Shown here: in pieces, positions 19,461-28,829 of the stretch
How positions within the stretch are numbered: position 1 is the first letter of the stretch
Layout of the letters: every line of letters begins with the position of its first letter
DNA from: a virus
Taxonomy: Duplodnaviria > Caudoviricetes
Reading direction: 5' to 3' (one strand)
IMG/VR virus record: IMGVR_UViG_3300010163_000002
Coordinates: 1-64,000 of that record
Length of the DNA stretch: 64,000 nucleotides
Translations under genes and position numbers: made by a program
Notes under the pieces: generated by a model
What the model was told of the DNA's origin: nothing
The model's input: only the letters and a program-made list of their open reading frames with translations
Databases searched by the model: none

Positions 19461-20045
19461 TTATTCCTCAGACTGAGTCTGATTAGTATACATTGTTTCG
19501 ACATCAACAGTTTCTACCGTAGGTTCTTTAACCTCTTCCTGTTCAACAGTATTTGTATTTTCTACTGCTGCAATTTCAGGAGCAGACTCAGTAACTTTTT
19601 TAGCAACAGAATTTGCATAATCTCTTGCAGCTCTTTCTGTTCTTCTTACTTCTTTTCTGCTCATGCCGCTAGTATTCTTTTTACTCATATACTCTGCATA
19701 AGCTTCATCGTAAGCGAATTTCTGCTCTGCTGAATATTCTGTTTCCGGAGTAATGAAGCCTGATGTCGCTTCTTCATGCCGCTCTACAGGATTTTCTTTT
19801 ATATCATCATGCTCAATTGTATAAGCTTCCACATGACCTGCAGGGAAGTTGTTTTTGTCATAGTTTGTAAAATCAAGTCTTACCGTCTTATCACCGCACA
19901 CTTCTTCAACAACAGCGCGAGCAATAATACATTTTCTGATATCAGAAATTGATTTAGTTACTTTTCTAACAGCACTTCTAATAGGGGGGTTAACAGTAAT
20001 AATTGGCTGTGTTGGGTAAATATTTACTACTTTAGTATTCTGCAT
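19461..20045 (-). CDS. hypothetical protein (late operon)
   Basis: 194 aa ORF with AGGAGG SD. Confidence 0.7.
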   Translation of the reverse strand: MQNTKVVNIYPTQPIITVNPPIRSAVRKVTKSISDIRKCIIARAVVEEVCGDKTVRLDFTNYDKNNFPAGHVEAYTIEHDDIKENPVERHEEATSGFITPETEYSAEQKFAYDEAYAEYMSKKNTSGMSRKEVRRTERAARDYANSVAKKVTESAPEIAAVENTNTVEQEEVKEPTVETVDVETMYTNQTQSEE

Positions 20046-20059
20046 TTTAAAAATCCTCC

Positions 20060-20287
20060 TTAAAATAAATCTTCGTCGTCATCGTATAAATATTCGATAT
20101 AATCAGAATCGTCCTCAAATCCATCGTCTTCTTCATCTTCGAATTCATCAACATCCTCATCTGTGATATTTGCTATTGCATCAATATCATTTGATTCATT
20201 ACTTATGACATCCTGCATAGCATCTTCTACTTCTTCTGCTTCGCCATCAATCATAATGTCTTCTGCATCTTCATATAAAAAATTCAT
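20060..20287 (-). CDS. very acidic small protein ending in DLF
   Basis: Roughly half of residues are D/E; strong SD. Confidence 0.75.
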   Translation of the reverse strand: MNFLYEDAEDIMIDGEAEEVEDAMQDVISNESNDIDAIANITDEDVDEFEDEEDDGFEDDSDYIEYLYDDDEDLF

Positions 20288-20304
20288 ATATTTATTCCTC
20301 CTTA

Positions 20305-20496
20305 TTAGAATAAATCACCCTCAACATCATCTAATGATTCAAGACCATCTTCAGAGGATGTACTATCATCAAAAAGACCTACATTATTTGCAGGGATAAT
20401 ATTATCAATAGTATCCTCTGCCATAATAAATTGTCTGTCTTCTTCAACCATTTCCCTAAGAAATAGTTCTTCAACATCTGTTCTTAATCTTGCCAT
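20305..20496 (-). CDS. acidic small protein ending in DLF
   Basis: GGGAGG SD; D/E-rich. Confidence 0.75.
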   Translation of the reverse strand: MARLRTDVEELFLREMVEEDRQFIMAEDTIDNIIPANNVGLFDDSTSSEDGLESLDDVEGDLF

Positions 20497-20511
20497 TACA
20501 TTACCTCCCTA

Positions 20512-21732
20512 TTACTGTGATGTTTTTGAAAGCATATTTTGTATATTCATATTTATAATATAAATGGTAAATGGAATTAAATAAAACAGTTCCGCATTAT
20601 TCATATAATCAATATGTTTAAGATCTTCAATTTGTTCATTTGTAATGGTTTCATTATTGAAGTATCCTATCAAAATATCTTTCATTACATTACCAGTTTT
20701 TGTATTATTAATTATTTTATTACCGAAATCTGGATCTTCAAATATGTCTATAAGATAAAACTTAGGATATGTTTTTGCATATTCCATATAATAATAATCT
20801 TGTGGGTATGCATATAACAGCGACAATTTTTGTGTTACAAGAAGTATATTTCCTGTAAAACTTCCAATATGGCTTCTTATATCTCCAGTTTCTATAGTAT
20901 GAAATATTGTTCTTGCATAATCTATAGCAAATGTACTAGGAAGATACATCTGATGGTCTATACATAAATAGTTAGTAGAATTAGACATAATTCTATTTCT
21001 TATAATGAATTCTAACAAATAAGGATCATGAACTTTATAACCCATAGTATTTCTATAATACGCAAACGTTTGAATTCTTGTATCATAAAATAACTGAATA
21101 TAAAAATCCTTCAGAGATGTACATAAATTTTCAAGAATATTTACATCTCCGTATGTAGTTTCTTCTATAATACTATTAAAATTTGTGCCGATATTACCGG
21201 CAGCAAATTTATATGTTTTAACAACTTTATCTTCTATTTCAGATAACCCATCGCTAGCATCCAATGAATAATTGATCTTATACATAACAGATCCAGTATC
21301 CAATGTGTTAGGATCTACATGAGTTACCTGAAATATATATTTATCTCCTAGTTGATCTAAAATGAATCTATCCCCGGGATATGGAACAACCGTATATGGT
21401 AATATAAAAGCTTCTCCATTTACATTATTTCCCTCAAGACCATAATCTGTTATTTCAAGATTTGGTTCTATTTTTTGTATTCCATAAATATAAAATCCAA
21501 TCACTTTATTAAATCTTAACGGACTATCTGCTGTTAATTCAGCGTAGTTACCCCTTGTAGCCTCATCAAGTGTTGTCATCGTAGTATTTAGATTATAGTA
21601 ATTGCATAAGGAAGCTTGCTTGTCATTAAACAAATAGTATGGATTATTTAGTATAGTTTTTACGCTATCTATAATAGTACCGCCCATCATTGCTTGACGT
21701 ACTGAATCCACATTAAGAAACCCTTTAGCCAA
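20512..21732 (-). CDS. probable virion structural protein
   Basis: 406 aa ORF with TTG start, AGGAGG SD and AACA-N6-TA promoter. Confidence 0.55.
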   Translation of the reverse strand: MAKGFLNVDSVRQAMMGGTIIDSVKTILNNPYYLFNDKQASLCNYYNLNTTMTTLDEATRGNYAELTADSPLRFNKVIGFYIYGIQKIEPNLEITDYGLEGNNVNGEAFILPYTVVPYPGDRFILDQLGDKYIFQVTHVDPNTLDTGSVMYKINYSLDASDGLSEIEDKVVKTYKFAAGNIGTNFNSIIEETTYGDVNILENLCTSLKDFYIQLFYDTRIQTFAYYRNTMGYKVHDPYLLEFIIRNRIMSNSTNYLCIDHQMYLPSTFAIDYARTIFHTIETGDIRSHIGSFTGNILLVTQKLSLLYAYPQDYYYMEYAKTYPKFYLIDIFEDPDFGNKIINNTKTGNVMKDILIGYFNNETITNEQIEDLKHIDYMNNAELFYLIPFTIYIINMNIQNMLSKTSQ

Positions 21733-21763
21733 TATAAGCCCTCCTTTCTTTAATTTTGATTTT

Positions 21764-21775
21764 TACCAAAATGTT
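21764..21775 (-). promoter_or_regulatory. late-type promoter (AACA-N6-TA)
   Basis: AACA TTTTGG TA. Confidence 0.65.
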
Positions 21776-21842
21776 CGAAATGGGCATTTTACGGCAAAAA
21801 ATAATAAATATATTACGGGAAGTATTTAACCTCCCGTAATAT

Positions 21843-22253
21843 TTAGATTATTTTACTAGTATTCATAAATGTAATAAACGGTTTATTTACACATTCATCA
21901 ATTCTTCTTTTTAAATCATCTACTGTTGCGTCTTCCGATAATCTTGGATAATTATATGGTCTAACCATATGTTCTATTCCACCATTCTTAGGTGTAATAT
22001 TAATTCTAACTCCTTCAATTAACCATACTTGTTCTTTAAATTGCTCTATGGTTACTAGATCGTTCATTTCCATACCCCCCCCCCCGATAATATTCGGGGC
22101 ATTGTATTCGGTATATGCTTTACCTTCACAGAACGGGCATGGTGTAATCAAGTATCCATTATGAGATACATATGTATTACGCCTATTCATTATATCCTTA
22201 CCTTCAATAGTAAACTTATTTCCGCATTTATTGCATCTTAAATGATATAACAT
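21843..22253 (-). CDS. Zn-ribbon protein fused through a G11 tract to a second small domain
   Basis: CNKC...CPFC, then GGGG encoded by poly-G at 22075-22085. Confidence 0.6.
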   Translation of the reverse strand: MLYHLRCNKCGNKFTIEGKDIMNRRNTYVSHNGYLITPCPFCEGKAYTEYNAPNIIGGGGMEMNDLVTIEQFKEQVWLIEGVRINITPKNGGIEHMVRPYNYPRLSEDATVDDLKRRIDECVNKPFITFMNTSKII

Positions 22254-22335
22254 CTTAATTTACCTCCTTGATTTTCTATAGATATAATATATAATTAAAG
22301 TAAAAATTATGGAGAGGGAATAAACCCTCTCCAAT

Positions 22336-23409
22336 TTACATAACAGTTTCACGAATCGATGTTATATAATCTTTTATTCTATCTTTCGGCACCCCAAAAT
22401 CCTTTTCTCCATCATATACATTTCTATGAATAAATATATCGCATGGCAGTAACTGAATTTTGGATTGCGTTGATCCAAAGAATTCTCTATCTGAAACATC
22501 TTTATCGGGATAATAATGTATCGTATAATTTATAATCCCTGTTTCTAATAATACAAACTGTAATGCTTGCGTGTATGATTTACCACCGCATGCAATATAT
22601 ATATTTTGTTTGCTGTTACAAGAATTAAGATTATAAAATATTGATAATATATCAAACTGGCCTTCGGCTATATGGATATTTACTGGGCATGGATCGTATA
22701 CATCCACCATTGTAGGAATTACATAAAAATTTTTTGCATCTGTGGTTTTATTAATTAGGTCATAATTAATATAACGTTTATTTACAGTTCTATATAATTC
22801 CCTATTGGTAAGTTTTCTCATTCCGCAGAATGAGTTATCATAAGACACAAATCCCATAAACCATTTATCCAAATCGTTACAGACCATTTCATGTCTAGTC
22901 AGTTCCAGATTATTTGATTTTATTATATCATATAGGTTTAAGAAGATTTTTAGTTTACTTAGATCTTCTATAGAAAAATCACTACCTATACGGTCATTGA
23001 TGTATTTTAACTTTGCATCATTTAAAGGATTATTTCTTGTATATCCAATCTTCAATGGATACACATCAACTTGTTTTAATGATTTATATTTAGGAAGTTC
23101 TAATACTTCATTATTGTGCTTACTTAATTCTACCAATAAATTAGTATCATCGCATCCTATCTGTCTTAACACATCTGCATCAAATACTCCATGCGCAGGA
23201 CATCTTTTACAGTCGTAAAAAGATAATTCTTCTTCAGATATTGGCACAGAGATATAGAAATGTGCATGTTTAAGATCCTTACTATCTCCGCAAAACGGGC
23301 ACCTAACTACTATCTCTGCACCACCACTTGCAACTTTTAAATTCGGATAGAATGACTTAATTCTGTTAATAAAGTTTCGGCCTGTAAGATTATACATACA
23401 ACCCGCCAC
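22336..23409 (-). CDS. DNA primase (Zn-binding domain plus TOPRIM)
   Basis: RCPFCGDS...H....C..C; IAEGQFD; YPDKD; KDFG. Confidence 0.85.
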   Translation of the reverse strand: MAGCMYNLTGRNFINRIKSFYPNLKVASGGAEIVVRCPFCGDSKDLKHAHFYISVPISEEELSFYDCKRCPAHGVFDADVLRQIGCDDTNLLVELSKHNNEVLELPKYKSLKQVDVYPLKIGYTRNNPLNDAKLKYINDRIGSDFSIEDLSKLKIFLNLYDIIKSNNLELTRHEMVCNDLDKWFMGFVSYDNSFCGMRKLTNRELYRTVNKRYINYDLINKTTDAKNFYVIPTMVDVYDPCPVNIHIAEGQFDILSIFYNLNSCNSKQNIYIACGGKSYTQALQFVLLETGIINYTIHYYPDKDVSDREFFGSTQSKIQLLPCDIFIHRNVYDGEKDFGVPKDRIKDYITSIRETVM

Positions 23410-23421
23410 CTTTCATAAGAT

Positions 23422-24612
23422 TTATAAAGCTATTTTGTATTTATTCTTGTTAAACAGCTTCTTTTTAATATGTACATCTTCGCCTCTAGCGCAAATATTT
23501 TTAGTGCTTCTGAATCCTGCAGCTTGTTTGTGCCCGCCGCCACCAAAACCACTTACTTTACCAAAGATTCCTGCAAGACGCTCACAATCTACATCATCTT
23601 TTGTAGTATATAATGAATACGTATATGCTTCTCCATCATACATATAAGCCATCATTAAATCATACTCTTCAGCCAATCTACCAAACATTGTACTATTGCC
23701 AAGTTTGTTAATAGCAATAACACTGTAAACTCTAGCGTCATTTGTATCATCTACGATAGAAAATTCTACACCATAATCTTTAAGCATTGATTTATTCTGC
23801 ACGTTGCTGTATTTTACAATTGTTCTGCCATGCTTAATTAGTTTTCTGATATACTTATCTTCGGCTTTTTGAGAAGCTTCGTCAAGTTTATCAAAAATAT
23901 TAACCCGTTTAATACCATCATTAATCGATATAAATATTTCATCGAACAATACATCCGGTTGATGATCCTCCATCAAATCGCCATAATGGAATTCTTTGGT
24001 AGATGGCATATCATGAAGCCAAATATCCCACGAGTTAATATATCTTATATATTTTGGTATGTCATATGTTCCAAAATCCCCAACGCATTTAATAGCATCA
24101 TAAAAATTTTTGTATTCCATGTGTCCTGTACGTAATTTACCATAAAAATAACAAATGACGGATGCAGAATGCGCTTGTGTGATTACGTAATTAATATTTT
24201 TAATTTTGCTCCTAACGTCTTTAGGTCCCTTGATATTGTATACATTATCATTCACAAAATCAAATGATGTTTTATGATGATCAATCCATGTAACCGTGCA
24301 TCTTTCGGCAAGGTTAAATAATACTTCTATATTAAATTTATTGCTGAAGGAATAATCAACAAAATATATTTCATCTCCAGATGCTACCATATCTAACGCT
24401 TCATCTAGCATTACAGAATAGTCTACTGAGATGAATTTAATCATTGTATCGCTTACACCATTCCATATTAAATATTCATATATAATTGCAGCCGATGTAA
24501 TACCATCAGCATCATAGTGATGGACTATATAATATGATTTATTGCATGTATTTCCTGATAATAAAATATATTTTGGTTCAGCTTGATTAAATAATAAAGT
24601 AGTATTTTTCAT
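23422..24612 (-). CDS. DHH/DHHA1 phosphoesterase
   Basis: HH.DADG, FVDYS, WIDHH and GGGGH..AAGF motifs; AGGAG SD before ATG 24612. Confidence 0.9.
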   Translation of the reverse strand: MKNTTLLFNQAEPKYILLSGNTCNKSYYIVHHYDADGITSAAIIYEYLIWNGVSDTMIKFISVDYSVMLDEALDMVASGDEIYFVDYSFSNKFNIEVLFNLAERCTVTWIDHHKTSFDFVNDNVYNIKGPKDVRSKIKNINYVITQAHSASVICYFYGKLRTGHMEYKNFYDAIKCVGDFGTYDIPKYIRYINSWDIWLHDMPSTKEFHYGDLMEDHQPDVLFDEIFISINDGIKRVNIFDKLDEASQKAEDKYIRKLIKHGRTIVKYSNVQNKSMLKDYGVEFSIVDDTNDARVYSVIAINKLGNSTMFGRLAEEYDLMMAYMYDGEAYTYSLYTTKDDVDCERLAGIFGKVSGFGGGGHKQAAGFRSTKNICARGEDVHIKKKLFNKNKYKIAL

Positions 24613-24629
24613 TTTCAACTTCTCCTTTA

Positions 24630-24711
24630 AAATAATAAATTTCCAGAGTAGTCGCGGCACTACTCTGGATATGCTTTGGAAGGATTTTACACAGCATAAG
24701 TTTAATGCTTT
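24630..24711 (-). ncRNA. candidate small RNA or attenuated leader (promoter, hairpin, AUCCUUCC, terminator)
   Basis: AACA GTTTTA TA at 24711-24722; terminator stem 24642-24669 with U-rich tail; no ORF. Confidence 0.4.
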
Positions 24712-24743
24712 ATAAAACTGTTATATATGTTATAATACTTTAC

Positions 24744-25043
24744 TTACGCATTGCTTGATTTATTGGAAGGCTCCATGCTAATATAAAGTTCTACTCCTAA
24801 TGCTGAAGTGTATTTTATCAAGCTTCTAAGAGTTGGGGAGCTATTTTCTCCAGTTTCTATATTAGATATACAAGATTCTGACAATCCTGACAATCTTGAT
24901 AATTCTTTTTGAGTTATATTTTTTGCTTTTCTAATATTAGTGAGTTGCATGCGCAGCATTTTATCATTAACCATTGTGTCTACGTTATTATACTGAGACA
25001 TAGGGTTATATTCTATTTTGGCATATTTTCCTTTTTTAGCCAT
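24744..25043 (-). CDS. XRE-family HTH transcriptional regulator
   Basis: IRKAKNITQKELSRLSGLSESCISNIETG...PTL. Confidence 0.9.
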   Translation of the reverse strand: MAKKGKYAKIEYNPMSQYNNVDTMVNDKMLRMQLTNIRKAKNITQKELSRLSGLSESCISNIETGENSSPTLRSLIKYTSALGVELYISMEPSNKSSNA

Positions 25044-25104
25044 ATTGTATTCCTCCAAAAAATAATAGGACGCTATAATTAAATAGCGTCCTAAATATAT
25101 TTAA

Positions 25105-27903
25105 CTAAATAGACGTTATAAAGAACATAAGCTCTTGCTTCACGATGTCATTATACATAGGAACTATATTACCATCATATTCTCCAGGCTTATGATTTTC
25201 ATCGTCCCAGTCAATAATTTCAAATGATGATGATATAACGGCTCCTATTAACTCTTGTATTTTTTGTTCTATCTTCTGATCATTATACTTAGCTTTAATT
25301 TGTTCATATAACGGATCTATTTCAATACTAAGCATATCCTTCTTACTTATAATTTTTCTTGATGCTAATCTTACAACTCTTCCAGAAACTATATATGGTA
25401 ATATTACCATATTTGATCTTAAGAGTATTCTCTTTGCCGCTATAACCAGTTTAATATAGTCCCTCTGGCTATGAATAGCTTTCATACTTATAGGATCTCC
25501 AAATTCTTTATAGAATAAATATCCAACAAGTTGTTTCTGAAATGGATTAATTACAGACGCTCCGTCTTTTGTCAGTTTTCTCTTAAAATGATTTATCTCT
25601 TCATCAGAAAATGGGCCATACAGAGCTTCAATCTTTTCAATCGTTTTTTCTGCTGATACCTTATTCTGCATTGAAAGAGCTTCATCTTTTTTGTTCAATC
25701 TTGCCTCATATCTCCTGTTGTTCACATGGGTCGTTAATCCATGCAGTTCTCTTATGAACTTCTCTGGTATTTCTCCAGATGTGCAGACTATATCACTAAC
25801 CTTAAAATCACCCAAGGTTACTCTACTATTTGGATTTAAGGGATTCTCACCCGCTCACTTGAGCCCTACTCCTGTTGCCGAATTTCACGGCCCTTCCGGG
25901 GATAGTCGTTGAACGTTATTAGTAATCATATTTATCACAAATATTAATAAATGTCTTTTTGTTTCTTATGCACGATATAAGTGTTGCATACCTAGCTTTA
26001 TTCTTCTTATCCATATTACCATAATCTAATCCTATATAATTCAATACCTCTTTAGTAGAAATTTTTGGATTTGATTCTAAGTATTTGCAGATAATATTTA
26101 TTTGATCATATGATAATATTCTATATACTTTATCCATATTATCAAAATTATATTTGCTAGATATGTGTTTCCAACAATGGCCATTTTTTATATTTTGCAC
26201 TAATCTCCTCATATCACAATTTTCTATTGGAAATATAGAACATATCTGTTTTGTACTGTACCCCTCAGATATTAAATAGCATATATACTCAACTTGCTCA
26301 TTGGTCACTACGCTATTACTTCTATCCTCTCCAAGCGTTATAAGGTTATTGTTCACTGCATGTTGCATATTTTCATTCTTTGTGCACCATTCTAAATTCC
26401 ATAACCAATTATGATATTTTATTCCGTCTTTATGATTTACATCATATAAATTTTCATACGGAATTGGACAAAATGCATTTAATATTACTCTATACAAGCT
26501 AATGCTAAATCCGCCGCCATCAATAGTTGACAGTCTTATAGTAATATAATGGTCCTTATTGTAACTCTTATTCAATGGTATTATATTTCCAGTCGCTAAA
26601 TTATAAACAAAGCCAGAATTACTAACTTTGTAATGTCTTGCTACCATTGGGTACACGCTATATGGGAAGTCTGCCCATACTTCCTTAAAAACAAAATTAA
26701 TAGGATAAATCATCATATCACCACCTTAAGGTTTTAATATGATTACTAATTTTCGCCGCTGATTGGACATTATTTAAACCCTTAGCGCCATATGATCAGT
26801 ATGGCTTTTATTTCAGCATAGGTCATCCTAGAACTTATTTCTGTCTTTCGACTCCTATTATATATAGGCATCTAGGCTTTAGCCCTTCCCAGCTTAAAGT
26901 AGAATTATTCATCACACTGTTACCAGTATAATGCGACCGATAGTTGATCGTATTCCGAATTCTGATCTGCATCTCTCTTTGAACTGCTAAGGCGGAAGAA
27001 TGATAATTCATATTTTATATCTGTAATCTTAAATCCAAGATATTGCCTATTGCTAAAATAGTTAAAGTTGATAATATTCTTATCGTAGCTATATTTTGGC
27101 AATATATTCATGATTATATCAACAACAGAATCCTTTGTATGTGTGGTTGTATTATTACCACGAATTTGATTCTTTATCCATAATGGCCTATCAGGATTCT
27201 TAGACTTATTTACTACAGAAACAGCAGTTTCATAAATCTTATCATAAATATATATTCCACGTTCTTCTTCATATTTGACTATACACATATCAAACAACGC
27301 AAGCATAAAATCCTGAATGTCCTCGGATGATTTGATACAGTGTATGTACATATAATGAGTGGCTAATGGAATATACATATTCATTATAAGTGAAATTTCA
27401 TATAATACTTTTGCGTGTCTATTATTAAACTGCAAATTTGGTGTTCTGTTATTATTTGATGATAACTTCATCAAATAATTATCATCGACAAAATGACTTA
27501 TCTTATAAGTCAAATTCAAATTTCTTATAATATATCTATTAATATCATCCATGAAATTGGCCTTGCTATAGTTTCTAAAATAATCTATATTAAGTTTAAT
27601 CTCATAAATGATCATCAACAACTCTTTATCGTAATCATAGAATTTCTCAAAGTAATTTAAATACTTACAAATATGATCACGTGTCTCATTAGAGTTGTAA
27701 CTACGTTTTGTATTCATAGCGAAATAATTCAGAGATTTCTGATTTTCATCTCCCGCACAGAAAAAGTCTGTAATTGGTAATATAATTTCACCACGAATAT
27801 TTCTAAATATCATATCTTGTTCTGCTATGGGATATTTTTCTGTACCCCATTCATCTACTGGCACATGGTCGGTTTTATTGACCACTCTACACATATCTAT
27901 CAT
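25105..27903 (-). CDS. probable sigma-like promoter-specificity subunit of non-virion RNAP (AR9 gp226/phiKZ gp68-like); intron-split, exons 27903-26947 and 25713-25105, 521 aa spliced
   Basis: Exons join in frame (NSEYD|RYEARL). It lies two genes downstream of the chaperonin, matching the recalled AR9 gp228-gp227-gp226 order; early-type motif upstream. The function is inferred from synteny and size. Confidence 0.6.
25714..26946 (-). mobile_element. group I intron (IA-like) with HNH homing endonuclease
   Basis: P element AAGCTGGGAA, Q AATCAGCGG, R TTCAACGACTA, S GATATAGTCT. P1 CGAU/GUCG with a U.G pair at the 5' splice site; terminal G at 25714. Confidence 0.92.
25919..26716 (-). CDS. intron-encoded NUMOD4-HNH homing endonuclease with C-terminal HTH
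   Basis: EVW....YKVSNSG; VNHKDG.K.HN...NLEW....EN..HA. Confidence 0.9.
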   Translation of the reverse strand: MMIYPINFVFKEVWADFPYSVYPMVARHYKVSNSGFVYNLATGNIIPLNKSYNKDHYITIRLSTIDGGGFSISLYRVILNAFCPIPYENLYDVNHKDGIKYHNWLWNLEWCTKNENMQHAVNNNLITLGEDRSNSVVTNEQVEYICYLISEGYSTKQICSIFPIENCDMRRLVQNIKNGHCWKHISSKYNFDNMDKVYRILSYDQINIICKYLESNPKISTKEVLNYIGLDYGNMDKKNKARYATLISCIRNKKTFINICDKYDY

Positions 27904-27959
27904 TATAAAACCTCCTCTGTTCACAATATATTTATATAGTATACAATCTAAGCAGCTTT

Positions 27960-28751
27960 TCAACCACTGCGAGGACGCTTCATAATAGCCTTCTTTGTTG
28001 TTTTAACTGTCTTAGTCTTGTTTGGTATTCGTGATACAGTAGAAGTTTTTGTTACTGAACTTTTTATTGTTTGTTTAGATTGTAGGGCTTTGTCCTTCCT
28101 TTCTTGTTTTTTAGCTTCGGATTTTGCCTTATTAAGTTTTTCTTGTTCCTTCTGTCTATCTTCTACCTTTTTTGTAGCATGGGTTATTTGATCCAATAAA
28201 GTACGTTTTACATATTTCTTGCCATGATTTTTGAGTATATTTCTATTAAAAAGATTATACTTTTCCATAGTTAAATATGCAAAATACAGCGACTTTACAT
28301 ACCAAATATCGTCTTTAGGATTACGCTCTTTTGCAACGTCTTTCAATGCCCTTGAAGACATCTTGCTTTCCAGATCTTTTATAAATAAATTATGTTTTCT
28401 AAAAGCATGAACAAATGTATAGTAAAATGCCGGATCATTAGAATAGAATTGTACTGCATATTCGCGCAAACTAACATTAGATTTCTTTTTATTTTCAGTT
28501 GTAAATAATCTTATTACTACATCATAATAGAAGTTTGATATTACTTCTGATGGCACCTTGATGTATATGTAATATGAATCGTTAGAGTCATTTGTATAAA
28601 ATACCTGCCAATCTATTTTACCATTTTCTCTAACTAAAACTTTATCAAATTTTGATTTATATAAACTTTTATACATGCCTCTATTGGTAATAACAGAGGC
28701 CCCTCCTGACGGATTGTCTATATATTTATCAAAATTCATTCCGTCTGCCAT
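27960..28751 (-). CDS. conserved hypothetical protein with basic C-terminal tail
   Basis: KVPSE....FYYDVV..., FYSNDPAF; lies between the chaperonin and the sigma-like gene. Confidence 0.65.
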   Translation of the reverse strand: MADGMNFDKYIDNPSGGASVITNRGMYKSLYKSKFDKVLVRENGKIDWQVFYTNDSNDSYYIYIKVPSEVISNFYYDVVIRLFTTENKKKSNVSLREYAVQFYSNDPAFYYTFVHAFRKHNLFIKDLESKMSSRALKDVAKERNPKDDIWYVKSLYFAYLTMEKYNLFNRNILKNHGKKYVKRTLLDQITHATKKVEDRQKEQEKLNKAKSEAKKQERKDKALQSKQTIKSSVTKTSTVSRIPNKTKTVKTTKKAIMKRPRSG

Positions 28752-28829
28752 ACTAAACTTCTCCCTTCTTTGCAAGTTCCCGTTTACTCCCTAGGGTAGC
28801 CCTTATTGGCTACCCTATATAATTTAAAA

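Noticed and set aside
25714-25815. N-terminus of the 236-aa ORF and the QLSVALYW tail of the 347-aa ORF
   Set aside because: Both are intron sequence (P7-P9 and P1-P2) translated by chance.
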